Positions 35,574-45,840 of a stretch of DNA of 64,000 nucleotides are shown piece by piece (within the stretch, counting starts at the first letter, position 1; each line of letters starts with the position of its first letter). The stretch comes from an uncultured virus (IMG/VR IMGVR_UViG_3300042397_001164). Taxonomy: Duplodnaviria; Heunggongvirae; Uroviricota; Caudoviricetes; Crassvirales. Location of the stretch: the IMG/VR virus record IMGVR_UViG_3300042397_001164; one strand, given 5' to 3'. The translations under genes were made by a program, and so were the position numbers. Under the pieces are notes generated by a model. The model made no database searches and had not been told where the DNA came from. It worked only from the letters and a program-made list of their open reading frames with translations.

Positions 35574-38320
35574 ATTTTCTCTATTTTAAGTGCTTTTATT
35601 AATTCGTCAAATTTACTATTTATTATTTGTCTTTTTTCATTTCTGGTCAAGTCTTTATAGGCTTCTGCTAATTTTTCCTCCTTTGAAGGCTCTTTCTCTA
35701 TTTTAGGTTCTTCAGCCTTTTTACCCTCTTCTTTTACTTCTTTACCAGATTTAATAGGTACTTCCTTTTCAACTTGGGTAATTATCTCCTCAAACTCAGC
35801 ATCAGAAAACTCACCTACTTGTTCTGCTCTTAACTGAATAGCATAATCAAGAGCTTTTTCTGGATCTTTAAAATCAATAGTAATTAATCTATCCGGAACT
35901 AAACCAGTTTCTTTATCTACTTTTCGTAATTGAAATGTTATAGATTTAATGTTTCCATTATTATCTAATGTAATTGGATTAGGAACTAATTCAGTTGAAG
36001 GCAATGTAACGTCCCTGTCTGTAATCTGTTTTTCTCCTATTGACGCGACTTTGTTTCCATCTGAATTATATAAAACATATTTACCACCTTCTGATTTTAT
36101 ATATCCATTTACCGTTTTGCCATCTGGGGATTTGATTGTTGCTTTGCTTCCTTCAAATTGCCCGATTGATTTGCTGACTTCTTTTTTTCTAACATCAACT
36201 CCAGCACGCGTAACTGCTCCTTTTTGGGTAATTGTGCTAACCTCAGTCTTTGATTGATTTTCATAAGTTAATATTTTATCTATTATTGGATTTATTAAAT
36301 TATTTAAAGATTCATTATTTGTTTTAGATTTTAAATCTTCTAGTACCTTAGCTGCATCATACAAATCATTTTCATTAACTATTTCGTTATTTTTTATTTT
36401 TTCAATTACAGGTTCAAATTTTTCTCTACCTTCAACTACATACGGTAAAACATCTTCTATTTTTTCAGTTACTTTAACTTCTTTAGGAGCAATTTCAGCA
36501 ACTGATAATTCAGTTACAGGTATTCCTGTATCACTACCTTCTACAAAAGCATATTTACCATCTTCAGATATAGATTTTATTTTTTTAGGTTCAACAAACT
36601 GATCTGCTCCCTGTGATGTCCATTGAACGCTATCACCAATTTTAACTTCAGTAGGAGTAACTTCTTCTGTAACTATCTCTTCTGCTGGTGTAATCTTTCC
36701 ATCATCAAAAGATGTTTCTTCATCTTTTTGAGATTTCTTTGATAAATTATCATAATAAGAGATTGTTTCACTTCTCTCTTTATTCAATTCATTTAATTTA
36801 TCATTATATAATCTATCTCTTTTATCTAATGAATTTATATATTCATCTATATCAGCTAACTTTGTTTCTTTTTCATTTTCAATCTCTAAACTAGATGGCT
36901 TTGATATATTTTCATCAACCATTGATTTAAAAACTTGTGCATCATTTTCAGAAATAACACCTTCTTGAACACTTTGATTTATCTCATTAACAATATTATC
37001 TATATCTTCTTGAGTTTTAGCATTCTTTACTTCATCTTCTATATGTTGCTGAACATTTTTTGTTCTTGAGCTAATAGATCCTACGGTACCACCAAAAATA
37101 CCACCCATTGCAGCAGCGTTTAAATACCTAGATGCTGCTGTATTTTTTAATTCTTCTTCGTCAAATATTTCACTACCTTCTAATTGATTTGCAGCTAACT
37201 TCATTAAATCCATAGCACCTTCCTGAGTAGCTTCAGTAGCTCCTTCAACTAATGCAGATTTAGCACCAGCTTTTACAGTATTTTTTAATGCTGTTTTAGT
37301 AAGCATTTGAGTTGCTTTATTAGCAACAGCTTTTTCAAATTGTTCTGCTGTAACTTTTACTCCTTTTTTAGCTAATTCACCTGCTGTTTCTTTTAATATC
37401 TTAGATGTAACATACTTAGTAACTGTACCGCTTTTAAGTATGTTATCCATACCAAGCTTTTCTAAAACACCAGCTACAATAGCGCCACCAAAACCAAATG
37501 CAGTTCTAGTTGTTTCGCTCATGTATTTAGCTTCTGGAATATTATCTAGTGTAGACAATGCATCATCATATCCTTGAATAGCAAAACTACTACCTGCCGT
37601 TGGAGCAGCAATTGCAATATCAGCAAGCATTGATGGTAAAACAGCTCCAAGACCTTTTAAATCATCTAATCCTATACCATTTGTAATATCAAATCCTTCG
37701 GCCAAACCTTGCTCATATTCTCTTGAAGAAGCTGATGTTCTAGCCTTACCAATAAAACTCTTAACTTTATCTGCTATTTCTTTTTCTCTTTGTGCTTCAT
37801 AATTAATACCAGTAACACTAGAAGCCGCTTTATCTACAGATTCCTGTATCATTGAAACAGGGCTAGTATCAAATTTTTGAGCTAACCTAGCTGCACCACC
37901 TGCTAATCTTTCAGCACTTGCTACTACGTTATTCCACATAGCACCTAAGTAGCTATTGTTATTATTCTTATCTTTTATTACAGCCTCTTTCAGTGTCGTT
38001 TTTGGAACGGACGCACTAATATCTTTAAAAATTTCTCCAGAAGCCATTTTTTGGCCCTGCTGTAAAAAGTTAGGTTCGTTTGGTAATCTTGATGGTATAC
38101 CCGAAGATGGTAAATTCCCGGCTTTTTTTTTTAAACCAAATGTATTCGCAAAAGAATCATAAGTATCTGGTACGTCAAATTGGTTTTCTTTTAAATATGA
38201 ATAATATTTAGAAGCCTTGTTGGAATCAGATAATGTATTCTTAAATGAATTAAAATCAGGAGCTACATCAGCTCCATTAGCTTTTAAATACTTATAATAT
38301 TGTTCAAATTTATCTGGCAT
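35561..38320 (-). CDS. Large internal virion/ejection-type protein
   Basis: 919 aa; Ala/Gly-rich helices with EGATEATQE motif; duplicated N-terminal YYxYLK...PxxxxSF motif. Confidence 0.7.
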   Translation of the reverse strand: MPDKFEQYYKYLKANGADVAPDFNSFKNTLSDSNKASKYYSYLKENQFDVPDTYDSFANTFGLKKKAGNLPSSGIPSRLPNEPNFLQQGQKMASGEIFKDISASVPKTTLKEAVIKDKNNNNSYLGAMWNNVVASAERLAGGAARLAQKFDTSPVSMIQESVDKAASSVTGINYEAQREKEIADKVKSFIGKARTSASSREYEQGLAEGFDITNGIGLDDLKGLGAVLPSMLADIAIAAPTAGSSFAIQGYDDALSTLDNIPEAKYMSETTRTAFGFGGAIVAGVLEKLGMDNILKSGTVTKYVTSKILKETAGELAKKGVKVTAEQFEKAVANKATQMLTKTALKNTVKAGAKSALVEGATEATQEGAMDLMKLAANQLEGSEIFDEEELKNTAASRYLNAAAMGGIFGGTVGSISSRTKNVQQHIEDEVKNAKTQEDIDNIVNEINQSVQEGVISENDAQVFKSMVDENISKPSSLEIENEKETKLADIDEYINSLDKRDRLYNDKLNELNKERSETISYYDNLSKKSQKDEETSFDDGKITPAEEIVTEEVTPTEVKIGDSVQWTSQGADQFVEPKKIKSISEDGKYAFVEGSDTGIPVTELSVAEIAPKEVKVTEKIEDVLPYVVEGREKFEPVIEKIKNNEIVNENDLYDAAKVLEDLKSKTNNESLNNLINPIIDKILTYENQSKTEVSTITQKGAVTRAGVDVRKKEVSKSIGQFEGSKATIKSPDGKTVNGYIKSEGGKYVLYNSDGNKVASIGEKQITDRDVTLPSTELVPNPITLDNNGNIKSITFQLRKVDKETGLVPDRLITIDFKDPEKALDYAIQLRAEQVGEFSDAEFEEIITQVEKEVPIKSGKEVKEEGKKAEEPKIEKEPSKEEKLAEAYKDLTRNEKRQIINSKFDELIKALKIEKICPT

Positions 38321-38338
38321 TATTAATAATTTTATTTT

Positions 38339-39691
38339 TTATTCTTCCCAAATAATACCTGAGCTACCTTTACGTCCGGGTTTAGGTTTCGGTTTAGGCT
38401 TAGGACCTCCTCCATAATCAGGCTGTTCTCCTCTTCTTGGCTCTGTATTATATTTCAATTGATAATTATACATTCCTCTTCTATCAATAACACCTGTTTT
38501 TTCATTTACAAATTTGACAGGAGTACCATTTTCAAATGTAACATCAAAATCTTGTACACCTTTTGCAAGTGGACCTAAAACACTAAATATTTCTGATGGT
38601 AAATTTTGCTTTTGTATAAACATCTTACCATTAAAAAGAGTACCGTCTTTGTCAAAAGCTTGACCATTTTTTATTGAACGTCCATCAACAGTTGTAACAT
38701 CTGGTATTACATCAAAAAGATTTGCATTTTCTTCACTTGATCCCGTATTTACAGCAGCTCTATTTAAAGCAGATCTTATGTCTTGCCTTCTTTGCCCTTC
38801 AGTAAAATACCATTCTTTTGTAAAATCATATCCAGTTTTATCTTCTCTTTTTGGTTGTTTAGTAGCTAGACCATAAGCAACTGCTAAATCTGCTGGAGTC
38901 TTTATATCTACGCCAAAATATTCCTTATATTTAGGATTCAATTGATTAACAAAATTCTTGTCTTTAAATAAATTACCATATTGTTCTTGTGTACCTAAAT
39001 TATCTCTAAAATAACCTCTAACTCTTTGAGAATAAGTATTAGCAACTTCTGGAGTAATTGATTCAACTTTAACTTCCTTAACACGACCAGTTGGTTTGTT
39101 ATTAAAAACTTGCTCTTCAACTTCAATTTTACTAGGCAAATTTATGCCTTTCCATGTTTTATCTGAAAATACTAAATCATCATGAGGATCGTATATATCT
39201 ACCTGCATCATATCTGGAGGTGTATAACCAGCTCCTACAGGCAACATTGATTTATTTAATACATCTAAATAGTTATCAGAAACATGTTTACCAGATTTGA
39301 TAGCCTGATTAATATAATCTTTAAATGCTTTTCTTTCAGCTGTAGCTTGCTTCCCTTGCTCAATATAACCTTGCAAATCTTTAAATCCAGCCATTAATGT
39401 TGACTGAGCATCATAACCATACTTTGAAGGGTTATTAATTGCTTGTTTATTTTTAATGCCGTATTCTTGAACTTCTCTTAATTTCTTAGCAAAAATATCA
39501 AGCTCTGCTTTAGATAAACCAGCAGGATTTATACTTTTCTCCCAATCTTTAAAATATTTATCTGTAGCTTCAGCTTGCGCGCGCTGCTTTTGGATAAGAC
39601 CAATAGCTAATTGAGTTGGCTTAGATGTAAAATCTATTGCCACATTGCCTCCTCTATATGGGTTAATCCCCAGTAATCCTGTACTTGCCAT
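38339..39691 (-). CDS. Probable ejection/internal virion protein
   Basis: 450 aa, in the ejection-protein block. Confidence 0.6.
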   Translation of the reverse strand: MASTGLLGINPYRGGNVAIDFTSKPTQLAIGLIQKQRAQAEATDKYFKDWEKSINPAGLSKAELDIFAKKLREVQEYGIKNKQAINNPSKYGYDAQSTLMAGFKDLQGYIEQGKQATAERKAFKDYINQAIKSGKHVSDNYLDVLNKSMLPVGAGYTPPDMMQVDIYDPHDDLVFSDKTWKGINLPSKIEVEEQVFNNKPTGRVKEVKVESITPEVANTYSQRVRGYFRDNLGTQEQYGNLFKDKNFVNQLNPKYKEYFGVDIKTPADLAVAYGLATKQPKREDKTGYDFTKEWYFTEGQRRQDIRSALNRAAVNTGSSEENANLFDVIPDVTTVDGRSIKNGQAFDKDGTLFNGKMFIQKQNLPSEIFSVLGPLAKGVQDFDVTFENGTPVKFVNEKTGVIDRRGMYNYQLKYNTEPRRGEQPDYGGGPKPKPKPKPGRKGSSGIIWEE

Positions 39692-39692
39692 T

Positions 39693-40457
39693 TTAATTTT
39701 TTCTTGGGTTTGCTTTTACAAGAGGTACGTTACGTCCGGTATTTATTCTTCTACTATTAAAAGGAACGTAAGATTGATTTATTTTAGCACCAGAATGAAC
39801 ATCGGCCATAACTTGACTTAAATCTCTTTGCTGATTAACACTTTGAGGTTTTACTGGATTATCCATATATGTAGCATAAGAAAGGGCATTACTTAATCCT
39901 TGCCCTACCATTTGCATACCTGCATTATATCTTTCACCAGCAGCAGCACCTTTCATTTGTTCTAATTGAAGCTTACGCTGATAAGGAGTCATTTCGTTAA
40001 TATCAAACAATTCATCTTCATTTGCTTTTTTCATTTGAGTAGCTCTACCTAATTCAGAAAATCTTTGAGCTTGCATTTGTTCTCCTTGAGCAACTGCACC
40101 TTGAGAAGCGCGACTTTCTAATCCACCAAGCCTAGATATACCACCAATTGCAGATCTTCTATCTTGTAATGCACTTAAGCCTGAAGCAGTTGTTCTCCTA
40201 GCATTTTGCATAGCTTGCTGATAAGCAGCTGATTGATACGGGCTTTCCTTAAATCTATTCAAGGCTTGCTGATAGTAATCATTTAATGATTTGCTTTCCT
40301 TTCTTAATGGGCTGTTTGCAGCTTGCCTTTCAAGTTCAGCTTGCGCTCTTTTTTGCTGCTTGTTTGCATTTGCCATCTGAATACCGCCCATAGCAAGCGA
40401 ACCAGCTGTCCCTACTGCTGCAATTGTACCAGCAACCCCTAATGCCGCAAAACTCAT
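39693..40457 (-). CDS. Probable ejection (pilot-type) protein
   Basis: Gly/Ala-rich hydrophobic N-terminus followed by Gln/Ala-rich helices. Confidence 0.65.
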   Translation of the reverse strand: MSFAALGVAGTIAAVGTAGSLAMGGIQMANANKQQKRAQAELERQAANSPLRKESKSLNDYYQQALNRFKESPYQSAAYQQAMQNARRTTASGLSALQDRRSAIGGISRLGGLESRASQGAVAQGEQMQAQRFSELGRATQMKKANEDELFDINEMTPYQRKLQLEQMKGAAAGERYNAGMQMVGQGLSNALSYATYMDNPVKPQSVNQQRDLSQVMADVHSGAKINQSYVPFNSRRINTGRNVPLVKANPRKN

Positions 40458-40951
40458 AATTCTAAATTTTTAGTATTATTCAATATTTTTTTATATTCTT
40501 TACCAATATCAGTGCCTGTTATAAGATTTATATGCGGCTCTAATATTTTATCTTCAATCTTTTCTACTATCTTCACTATTTCTTCATCACTTAAATCATT
40601 GTAATCAGATTTCATTCCATCTATTCTATGAAATGTAGTCCAAATACAATCTTCCAATATAAATAAAACTCTCCTTGTTCCCGGCTTTGTAATTCCAGTA
40701 TAAGGAGCAGTTATTTCATACCACTCTTGCGCGTCTACTGATACAGCCACTTTACCATAAGATACAACATACGGATGCTCCGTTTTATGTATCTTACTTG
40801 TCCATAAAGAACCTGCTGGCATAAAGATTTCTCTTATATACATACCATCAGTAAATTTATGAACTAGTGGCGCATCTATTAATTCATTAGGGTGTTCCAT
40901 TATAGCTGCTTCTAAATTATCAACTATATTGTCATTTTCCCTAATAATCAT
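40454..40951 (-). CDS. Cupin-like protein
   Basis: HKFTDGMYIREIFMPAG, KIHKTEH, PGTRR, WTTFH. Confidence 0.7.
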   Translation of the reverse strand: MIIRENDNIVDNLEAAIMEHPNELIDAPLVHKFTDGMYIREIFMPAGSLWTSKIHKTEHPYVVSYGKVAVSVDAQEWYEITAPYTGITKPGTRRVLFILEDCIWTTFHRIDGMKSDYNDLSDEEIVKIVEKIEDKILEPHINLITGTDIGKEYKKILNNTKNLEL

Positions 40952-41496
40952 TACCTGTTATTTAATGGCGAATTAATATATTTAGTCGTTGCGCTGTTCA
41001 AATATACGAAAGAATTTGCACTTGCTTTCTCAAATTTTATAACCATATAATTGCCCTTCAGGCTATCCCCTTCAATCAGGCCTCCCGGACTATTTGAGTC
41101 CCTTAAAAATGAGGCATGATACTCGGATTCTAGGTCTTGGAAATCTGTTGCTAAAAGCTCACTATCTTGTCTAGTGCCAGCACTTTCCATCTGGGTATAT
41201 ATATCTGGGCAAGCCCATACTGTGTTCCCCGTTTCCATAACAGAAACCCAAGTCTTTTTATCCAATGAATTTGAGTTAAATACCGGAGTTATTGATGCAT
41301 TATATTGAACTCCATAGAAATTACAATAAGGACTCGTTCCATGCTTCCAGATACCGCCATTCTTAAACGTAAACATGGTAGTATTTACCTCACCCATAAA
41401 TTCAGGGTGATAAGAGTAAAATGACTCAAAAGCATTATCAGGCTCTGAAAAACATATTGTAAATGGATCTTGATGAAAATATAATGTATTTGCCAT
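40951..41496 (-). CDS. C-terminal part of the muzzle/tail-stabilisation protein encoded as a separate gene
   Basis: TICFSE..NAFESFYSYHPE, FKNG, NFYGVQY and LKGNYM are motifs that normally end this protein family. Confidence 0.6.
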   Translation of the reverse strand: MANTLYFHQDPFTICFSEPDNAFESFYSYHPEFMGEVNTTMFTFKNGGIWKHGTSPYCNFYGVQYNASITPVFNSNSLDKKTWVSVMETGNTVWACPDIYTQMESAGTRQDSELLATDFQDLESEYHASFLRDSNSPGGLIEGDSLKGNYMVIKFEKASANSFVYLNSATTKYINSPLNNR

Positions 41497-41514
41497 TTAA
41501 TTTAATTTATTTAA

Positions 41515-44500
41515 TTAACAAGATGTTTCATTTGTTAATGTACCATTACCTCCTGTAACTAACCAGTTATTTACTCCATTAGAATAATAATTATTAGGCA
41601 CAACAGTAGTTAGTGCAGAATCTTGATAAACTACCACCCCATTAGTTAACACTGAAGATGCTGAATAATACGTTAACGGTCCAACAGAAAAATCAACACA
41701 AGCTAAAGCGCCGCTACTTGAATCCACTCCTAATAAGAAAGAATAAAAAGAAGCAGTTGTTGTTGTTGTTGTTGTCGGTGCAGCGGTTGTCGTAGTACTT
41801 GTTGTAGTACTTGTTGTAGTACTAGTCGTAGTAGTAGTCGGAGCAGCTGTTGTAGTTGTTGAGGTAGTCGTTGTACTAGTCGTTGTAGTCGGAGCAGCTG
41901 TTGTAGTTGTCGTAGTACTAGTGGTAGTTGTAGTTGTAGTTGTTGGCGCAGGCGAACAAGGAGCACAAGCACTTGTGACAGTTGCAACAGGATTACCATT
42001 TATAACTGAAACGCTAACATATTGACCGCCAAAACTAACAAACCACAGACCTGTTGGTGCAGCTGAGAATATTGCACCCGTAAAGGTAGTGCAGCTACAG
42101 AAATCAGGATTATCACCTGTTACAGTTCCTGATGCTACAAATCCACAAGCATCTGTAGAATCTCCACCAAAACCTATTAAAAATGATAGGGTTGTTGTTG
42201 TAGTTGTTGTTGGTGCAGCAGTTGTTGTTGTGGTAGGAGCAGCAGTCGTTGTCGTTGTTGGTGCTGCGGTTGTCGTTGTACTTGTAGTTGTAGTAGTCGG
42301 CGCAGCAGTTGTGGTCGTTGTTGTTGTGGTAGGACCTGACGTTGTTGTCGTTGTAGAAGCAGGTAAATACCTGTTAATTTCCTCCATTGCAATAATATAC
42401 TTATTAGTATTTGCATCAAATACACCATAAATACAAGGATTACCAGTATAAACTTGACCAGTTGCAGGAACTCCATTATTTAAATCTTGTCTATATGCGG
42501 CTAATGTAGCCACAAAGAAAGCATTTGTATTATTAGTAATACTGATTGGAGTTATTCCATCTTGAGCCAATCTACAAACCACACCCCTAAAATTATCTAC
42601 AAAGTAGTCTGCAAAGTTATTCCATGCAAGACTTGTAGCGGCATCACCAATTCCATAATCACCAGCATAATACTGAATCTTATTAATTAATTGATTGCTA
42701 TTAGCTTGTAGTGGGTTCCCAGTTACATCTTTTACAATCTGAGTTAAAATAGGAACATTACCTACTTTAAAGTTCTGGTAAACCTTTAAATATCTATCTC
42801 TTACATGCAATCTCAATACATCACCAAAAGACCTATCGTATTCATCAAAATCTTCATAAATAAATCTATTTGTAGCATTAAGATTAGTATTTGATTGATA
42901 TGCCTGTCCAAATCTAATTAATGTAGGAAAATATGTTTGAATAGCATTTTCATCTATTACTGAAGCTCTACCATTGCTATTTGTAATCAAATTATATGTA
43001 TCATTAAAACTACTTTCTATAATTTCAATTTCAGAACCTTTTAAAACTTGAAAATCAAATGTCATTGGTTCAACAATTATATTATTAGAACCAATACTGT
43101 CATTTGTAGATTTAGCTACTATATATACTTTACCTGTTGGTGGTACACTAATTCTTTTGTCAATTGTAAATGTTGTAGGCGTATTTTGAACTATGTCATT
43201 TACTTCTATAGGAAGTAATGAAACCGTAAATTTAGAAGCGAATGGTATTAAATTCGTACAAATAAGCGCATACACTGAAAATGTAGAACCACCATCAGAT
43301 GACATGATAAAAGAGCCTTTTATTGATACAACCTTATCAGTTCCTAAAACGCTTGATTTATTATAGAAAAAATAACCAGTGTCACTCCAAACTGGATAAC
43401 CTGCTCCAGTTAAAGCAACATTAACATTTGGTTGTGTTTGTATTCTATATGATATATTATCAATAGTTGTATTAACAGTTATTGGGAATGATACACTTCT
43501 TGATACAAAAGCACCGGTTACTCCAATAGTAAATACTCCAGACCTGTATTCGTATTTATCACTATATGGTACATTTCTAAGTCTATAAAATAAATCTCCA
43601 TTATTAATAGCAAGAGTAGCTCCGCCGTTAGGGAGTTTTGTTAAACCAAAATGATATCTTGTTGGCAAACCTACATCACCAATACCATATTGCTTTCCAA
43701 ACTCATAGAAAAATCTTTGAGTTGAAGCAGCATTATTTGTGTAATTATATAATAATATTTCGTAGTGCTGAAAATTTTCTGTACCCGGAAATTGAAATGT
43801 TGCATCAATGTCATTAGTTGGGTATCTTAATTTTAAGAAATTACCAACTGCTGTGTTAGTATTGTTATTATTTGTTGTAATATATTCAATTGTAGAAACA
43901 GTACCAACTATTTCATAATCAAATTGACTAGTAATATCTTGAGGAGCGCCAGCAACATCATATCTTCTTATAAATTTAATTCTATCGCCCTCTGTATAAT
44001 TATAAGAAACAACATTTTGTGTTGAACTAATTTGTTCATTATATTCTTGGATATTACCAATACCTATGTAAATAAATTTTGTACTATCTACTCCAATAGG
44101 CAATGATGTATAAGCTGATTCACTTACCCAACAAAGACGCTTATTGTAAGTTGTGTTATTTGATCTTACTACTTGATAATAAGAAGCATATAGTGGAGGT
44201 CTATTTAATATAGATAAATTAACCAAAGGGAAATCATCAGCAAGAACTCTTGATGGAGTATTAATTACGGCGTTTTCTGACGTTTGGGTTCCAATAGTCC
44301 TACCCTGTGCATCAAAATATTGAATACCATATTGGTAACCACCATTCCAAACATTTGCAAATCTTGTATTATCATTATCCAATGCAGGAATAGTAGCAAA
44401 AGCTGTTGATGTCAATACAAATCCACCTGCTAAAGACATAGTAAGCTTATTACCAACTAATGAAACTTGAGTATATCCTTCTAAAACCATAGCGGCAGAT

Positions 44501-45837
44501 ATGCCAGCTAAAATATCACTTACTAAATAATTAGTAGTAAGTCCTGTAGTTGCATAAGATGTACTTAAATCAGTTCCGCTTGAGCTAAATGAATTAATAA
44601 AATATGTGCCTGCCGCATTGTTTAATTCTGTAACATTTCCATTTACACCATTAGTACCAGTACCATAAAGATATATATTCATCGTGGTTCCAGCTCCACT
44701 ATCGTTACCATTTACAGAAGCAAAAAAAGATATACCACATTGATCATAATAATAACTTGATGCGGTTGAATATGTAGTTGCTTCTAAATTAACGTCTGTT
44801 TTATCATAACCTTCTAAAATACCAGCATATAATAACACATTGCCATTAGCAAGTTCAGCTGCATTTGCTCTTTGAGGAACCCAGTCCTGCAATTGATCTG
44901 CTTCAAGAACATCAATTTGTGTATATATTGTATCATTATAGAATCTAAAATAATAAATATCATTATGATTTATTTGAAGAGCATCCTTATCAAAAGATTG
45001 TATCAAAAACCAATCACTAGTTCCACTACTAGATGTTTCTCTAAAACAAAGTTCAATAGCCTTTACATCAGGCCCACCTGTTGAAAAATTAACAGCAATT
45101 CTTGAGTTATAAGTGTCTGCTGGTGTTGGAGGATTAGGACTTATATCATTTGTCAGCGTTAATGATGGCTGTTGAGGCAACGGAACTATACTCTTTGAAC
45201 TCCATACAGACTTTTCAAGATTATCGTAAACATATCTGTATGAAAACTGAAATAACTTGTTTCTTAAATTATTAATAGTAATTGTAGTATCATTCTCATA
45301 AGTAACTTGTGGTGGCATTACTGGAGGAGCCTTTGCTACAAGCAAATATTCAGCAACCCAGTCAGTACCATACAAATCATTTACGTTCAAATTTCTTGGA
45401 GGATTATACCCATCATTAAAGAATATTAAATCTCCCTCTAAATCCCTATAATATATATTAATAGATAAAACTTTATAAGAAGGATTAAAATTTAAAATAT
45501 CAATCCCATTACTATCTGTTTTACTCTGAAGAACCGTTACAATTGATTGTGTATTTAAATCATAATAAGCAATAGTATGAAAACCATCACTATTCCATAT
45601 AAAATAATAAGCTCTATTTCTTACCTTATCCCCATAAAATCCAATAACCTTACTTACTCCACTTGGTAAACTGTAGTTTATTATAGTATTCCCTAAAATA
45701 TTAGAAACTACTCTATCTTGCCCACGACCTTGTGCGTCTTTTGTGACGTTTAATGCATCTATATAATCATTATTACTGACTCTATACTCTGCATCATCTA
45801 GGTTTAATTTTCCACTAAAAGGAGTATTTATTATCAT
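41515..45837 (-). CDS. Muzzle/tail-stabilisation protein (P22 gp10/crAss muzzle-like) with mucin-like Thr-rich C-terminus
   Basis: N-terminal LNLD...YIDALN, FFNDGYNPPR, FQFSYRYVY, YYAGDYGI and YFVD; C-terminal (TTTTTAAP)n blocks and two small domains. Confidence 0.75.
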   Translation of the reverse strand: MIINTPFSGKLNLDDAEYRVSNNDYIDALNVTKDAQGRGQDRVVSNILGNTIINYSLPSGVSKVIGFYGDKVRNRAYYFIWNSDGFHTIAYYDLNTQSIVTVLQSKTDSNGIDILNFNPSYKVLSINIYYRDLEGDLIFFNDGYNPPRNLNVNDLYGTDWVAEYLLVAKAPPVMPPQVTYENDTTITINNLRNKLFQFSYRYVYDNLEKSVWSSKSIVPLPQQPSLTLTNDISPNPPTPADTYNSRIAVNFSTGGPDVKAIELCFRETSSSGTSDWFLIQSFDKDALQINHNDIYYFRFYNDTIYTQIDVLEADQLQDWVPQRANAAELANGNVLLYAGILEGYDKTDVNLEATTYSTASSYYYDQCGISFFASVNGNDSGAGTTMNIYLYGTGTNGVNGNVTELNNAAGTYFINSFSSSGTDLSTSYATTGLTTNYLVSDILAGISAAMVLEGYTQVSLVGNKLTMSLAGGFVLTSTAFATIPALDNDNTRFANVWNGGYQYGIQYFDAQGRTIGTQTSENAVINTPSRVLADDFPLVNLSILNRPPLYASYYQVVRSNNTTYNKRLCWVSESAYTSLPIGVDSTKFIYIGIGNIQEYNEQISSTQNVVSYNYTEGDRIKFIRRYDVAGAPQDITSQFDYEIVGTVSTIEYITTNNNNTNTAVGNFLKLRYPTNDIDATFQFPGTENFQHYEILLYNYTNNAASTQRFFYEFGKQYGIGDVGLPTRYHFGLTKLPNGGATLAINNGDLFYRLRNVPYSDKYEYRSGVFTIGVTGAFVSRSVSFPITVNTTIDNISYRIQTQPNVNVALTGAGYPVWSDTGYFFYNKSSVLGTDKVVSIKGSFIMSSDGGSTFSVYALICTNLIPFASKFTVSLLPIEVNDIVQNTPTTFTIDKRISVPPTGKVYIVAKSTNDSIGSNNIIVEPMTFDFQVLKGSEIEIIESSFNDTYNLITNSNGRASVIDENAIQTYFPTLIRFGQAYQSNTNLNATNRFIYEDFDEYDRSFGDVLRLHVRDRYLKVYQNFKVGNVPILTQIVKDVTGNPLQANSNQLINKIQYYAGDYGIGDAATSLAWNNFADYFVDNFRGVVCRLAQDGITPISITNNTNAFFVATLAAYRQDLNNGVPATGQVYTGNPCIYGVFDANTNKYIIAMEEINRYLPASTTTTTSGPTTTTTTTTAAPTTTTTSTTTTAAPTTTTTAAPTTTTTAAPTTTTTTTLSFLIGFGGDSTDACGFVASGTVTGDNPDFCSCTTFTGAIFSAAPTGLWFVSFGGQYVSVSVINGNPVATVTSACAPCSPAPTTTTTTTTSTTTTTTAAPTTTTSTTTTSTTTTAAPTTTTTSTTTSTTTSTTTTAAPTTTTTTTASFYSFLLGVDSSSGALACVDFSVGPLTYYSASSVLTNGVVVYQDSALTTVVPNNYYSNGVNNWLVTGGNGTLTNETSC

Positions 45838-45840
45838 ATC

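Noticed and set aside
41497..41517. Stop-codon readthrough or genetic-code reassignment joining the two muzzle ORFs
   Set aside because: Two in-frame TAA codons separate them, all other long genes are intact in the standard code, and no suppressor tRNA is seen.
41730..42476. Val-rich and Gln/Leu-rich ORFs overlapping the muzzle C-terminus
   Set aside because: Antisense or frame-shifted readings of the poly-Thr codons.
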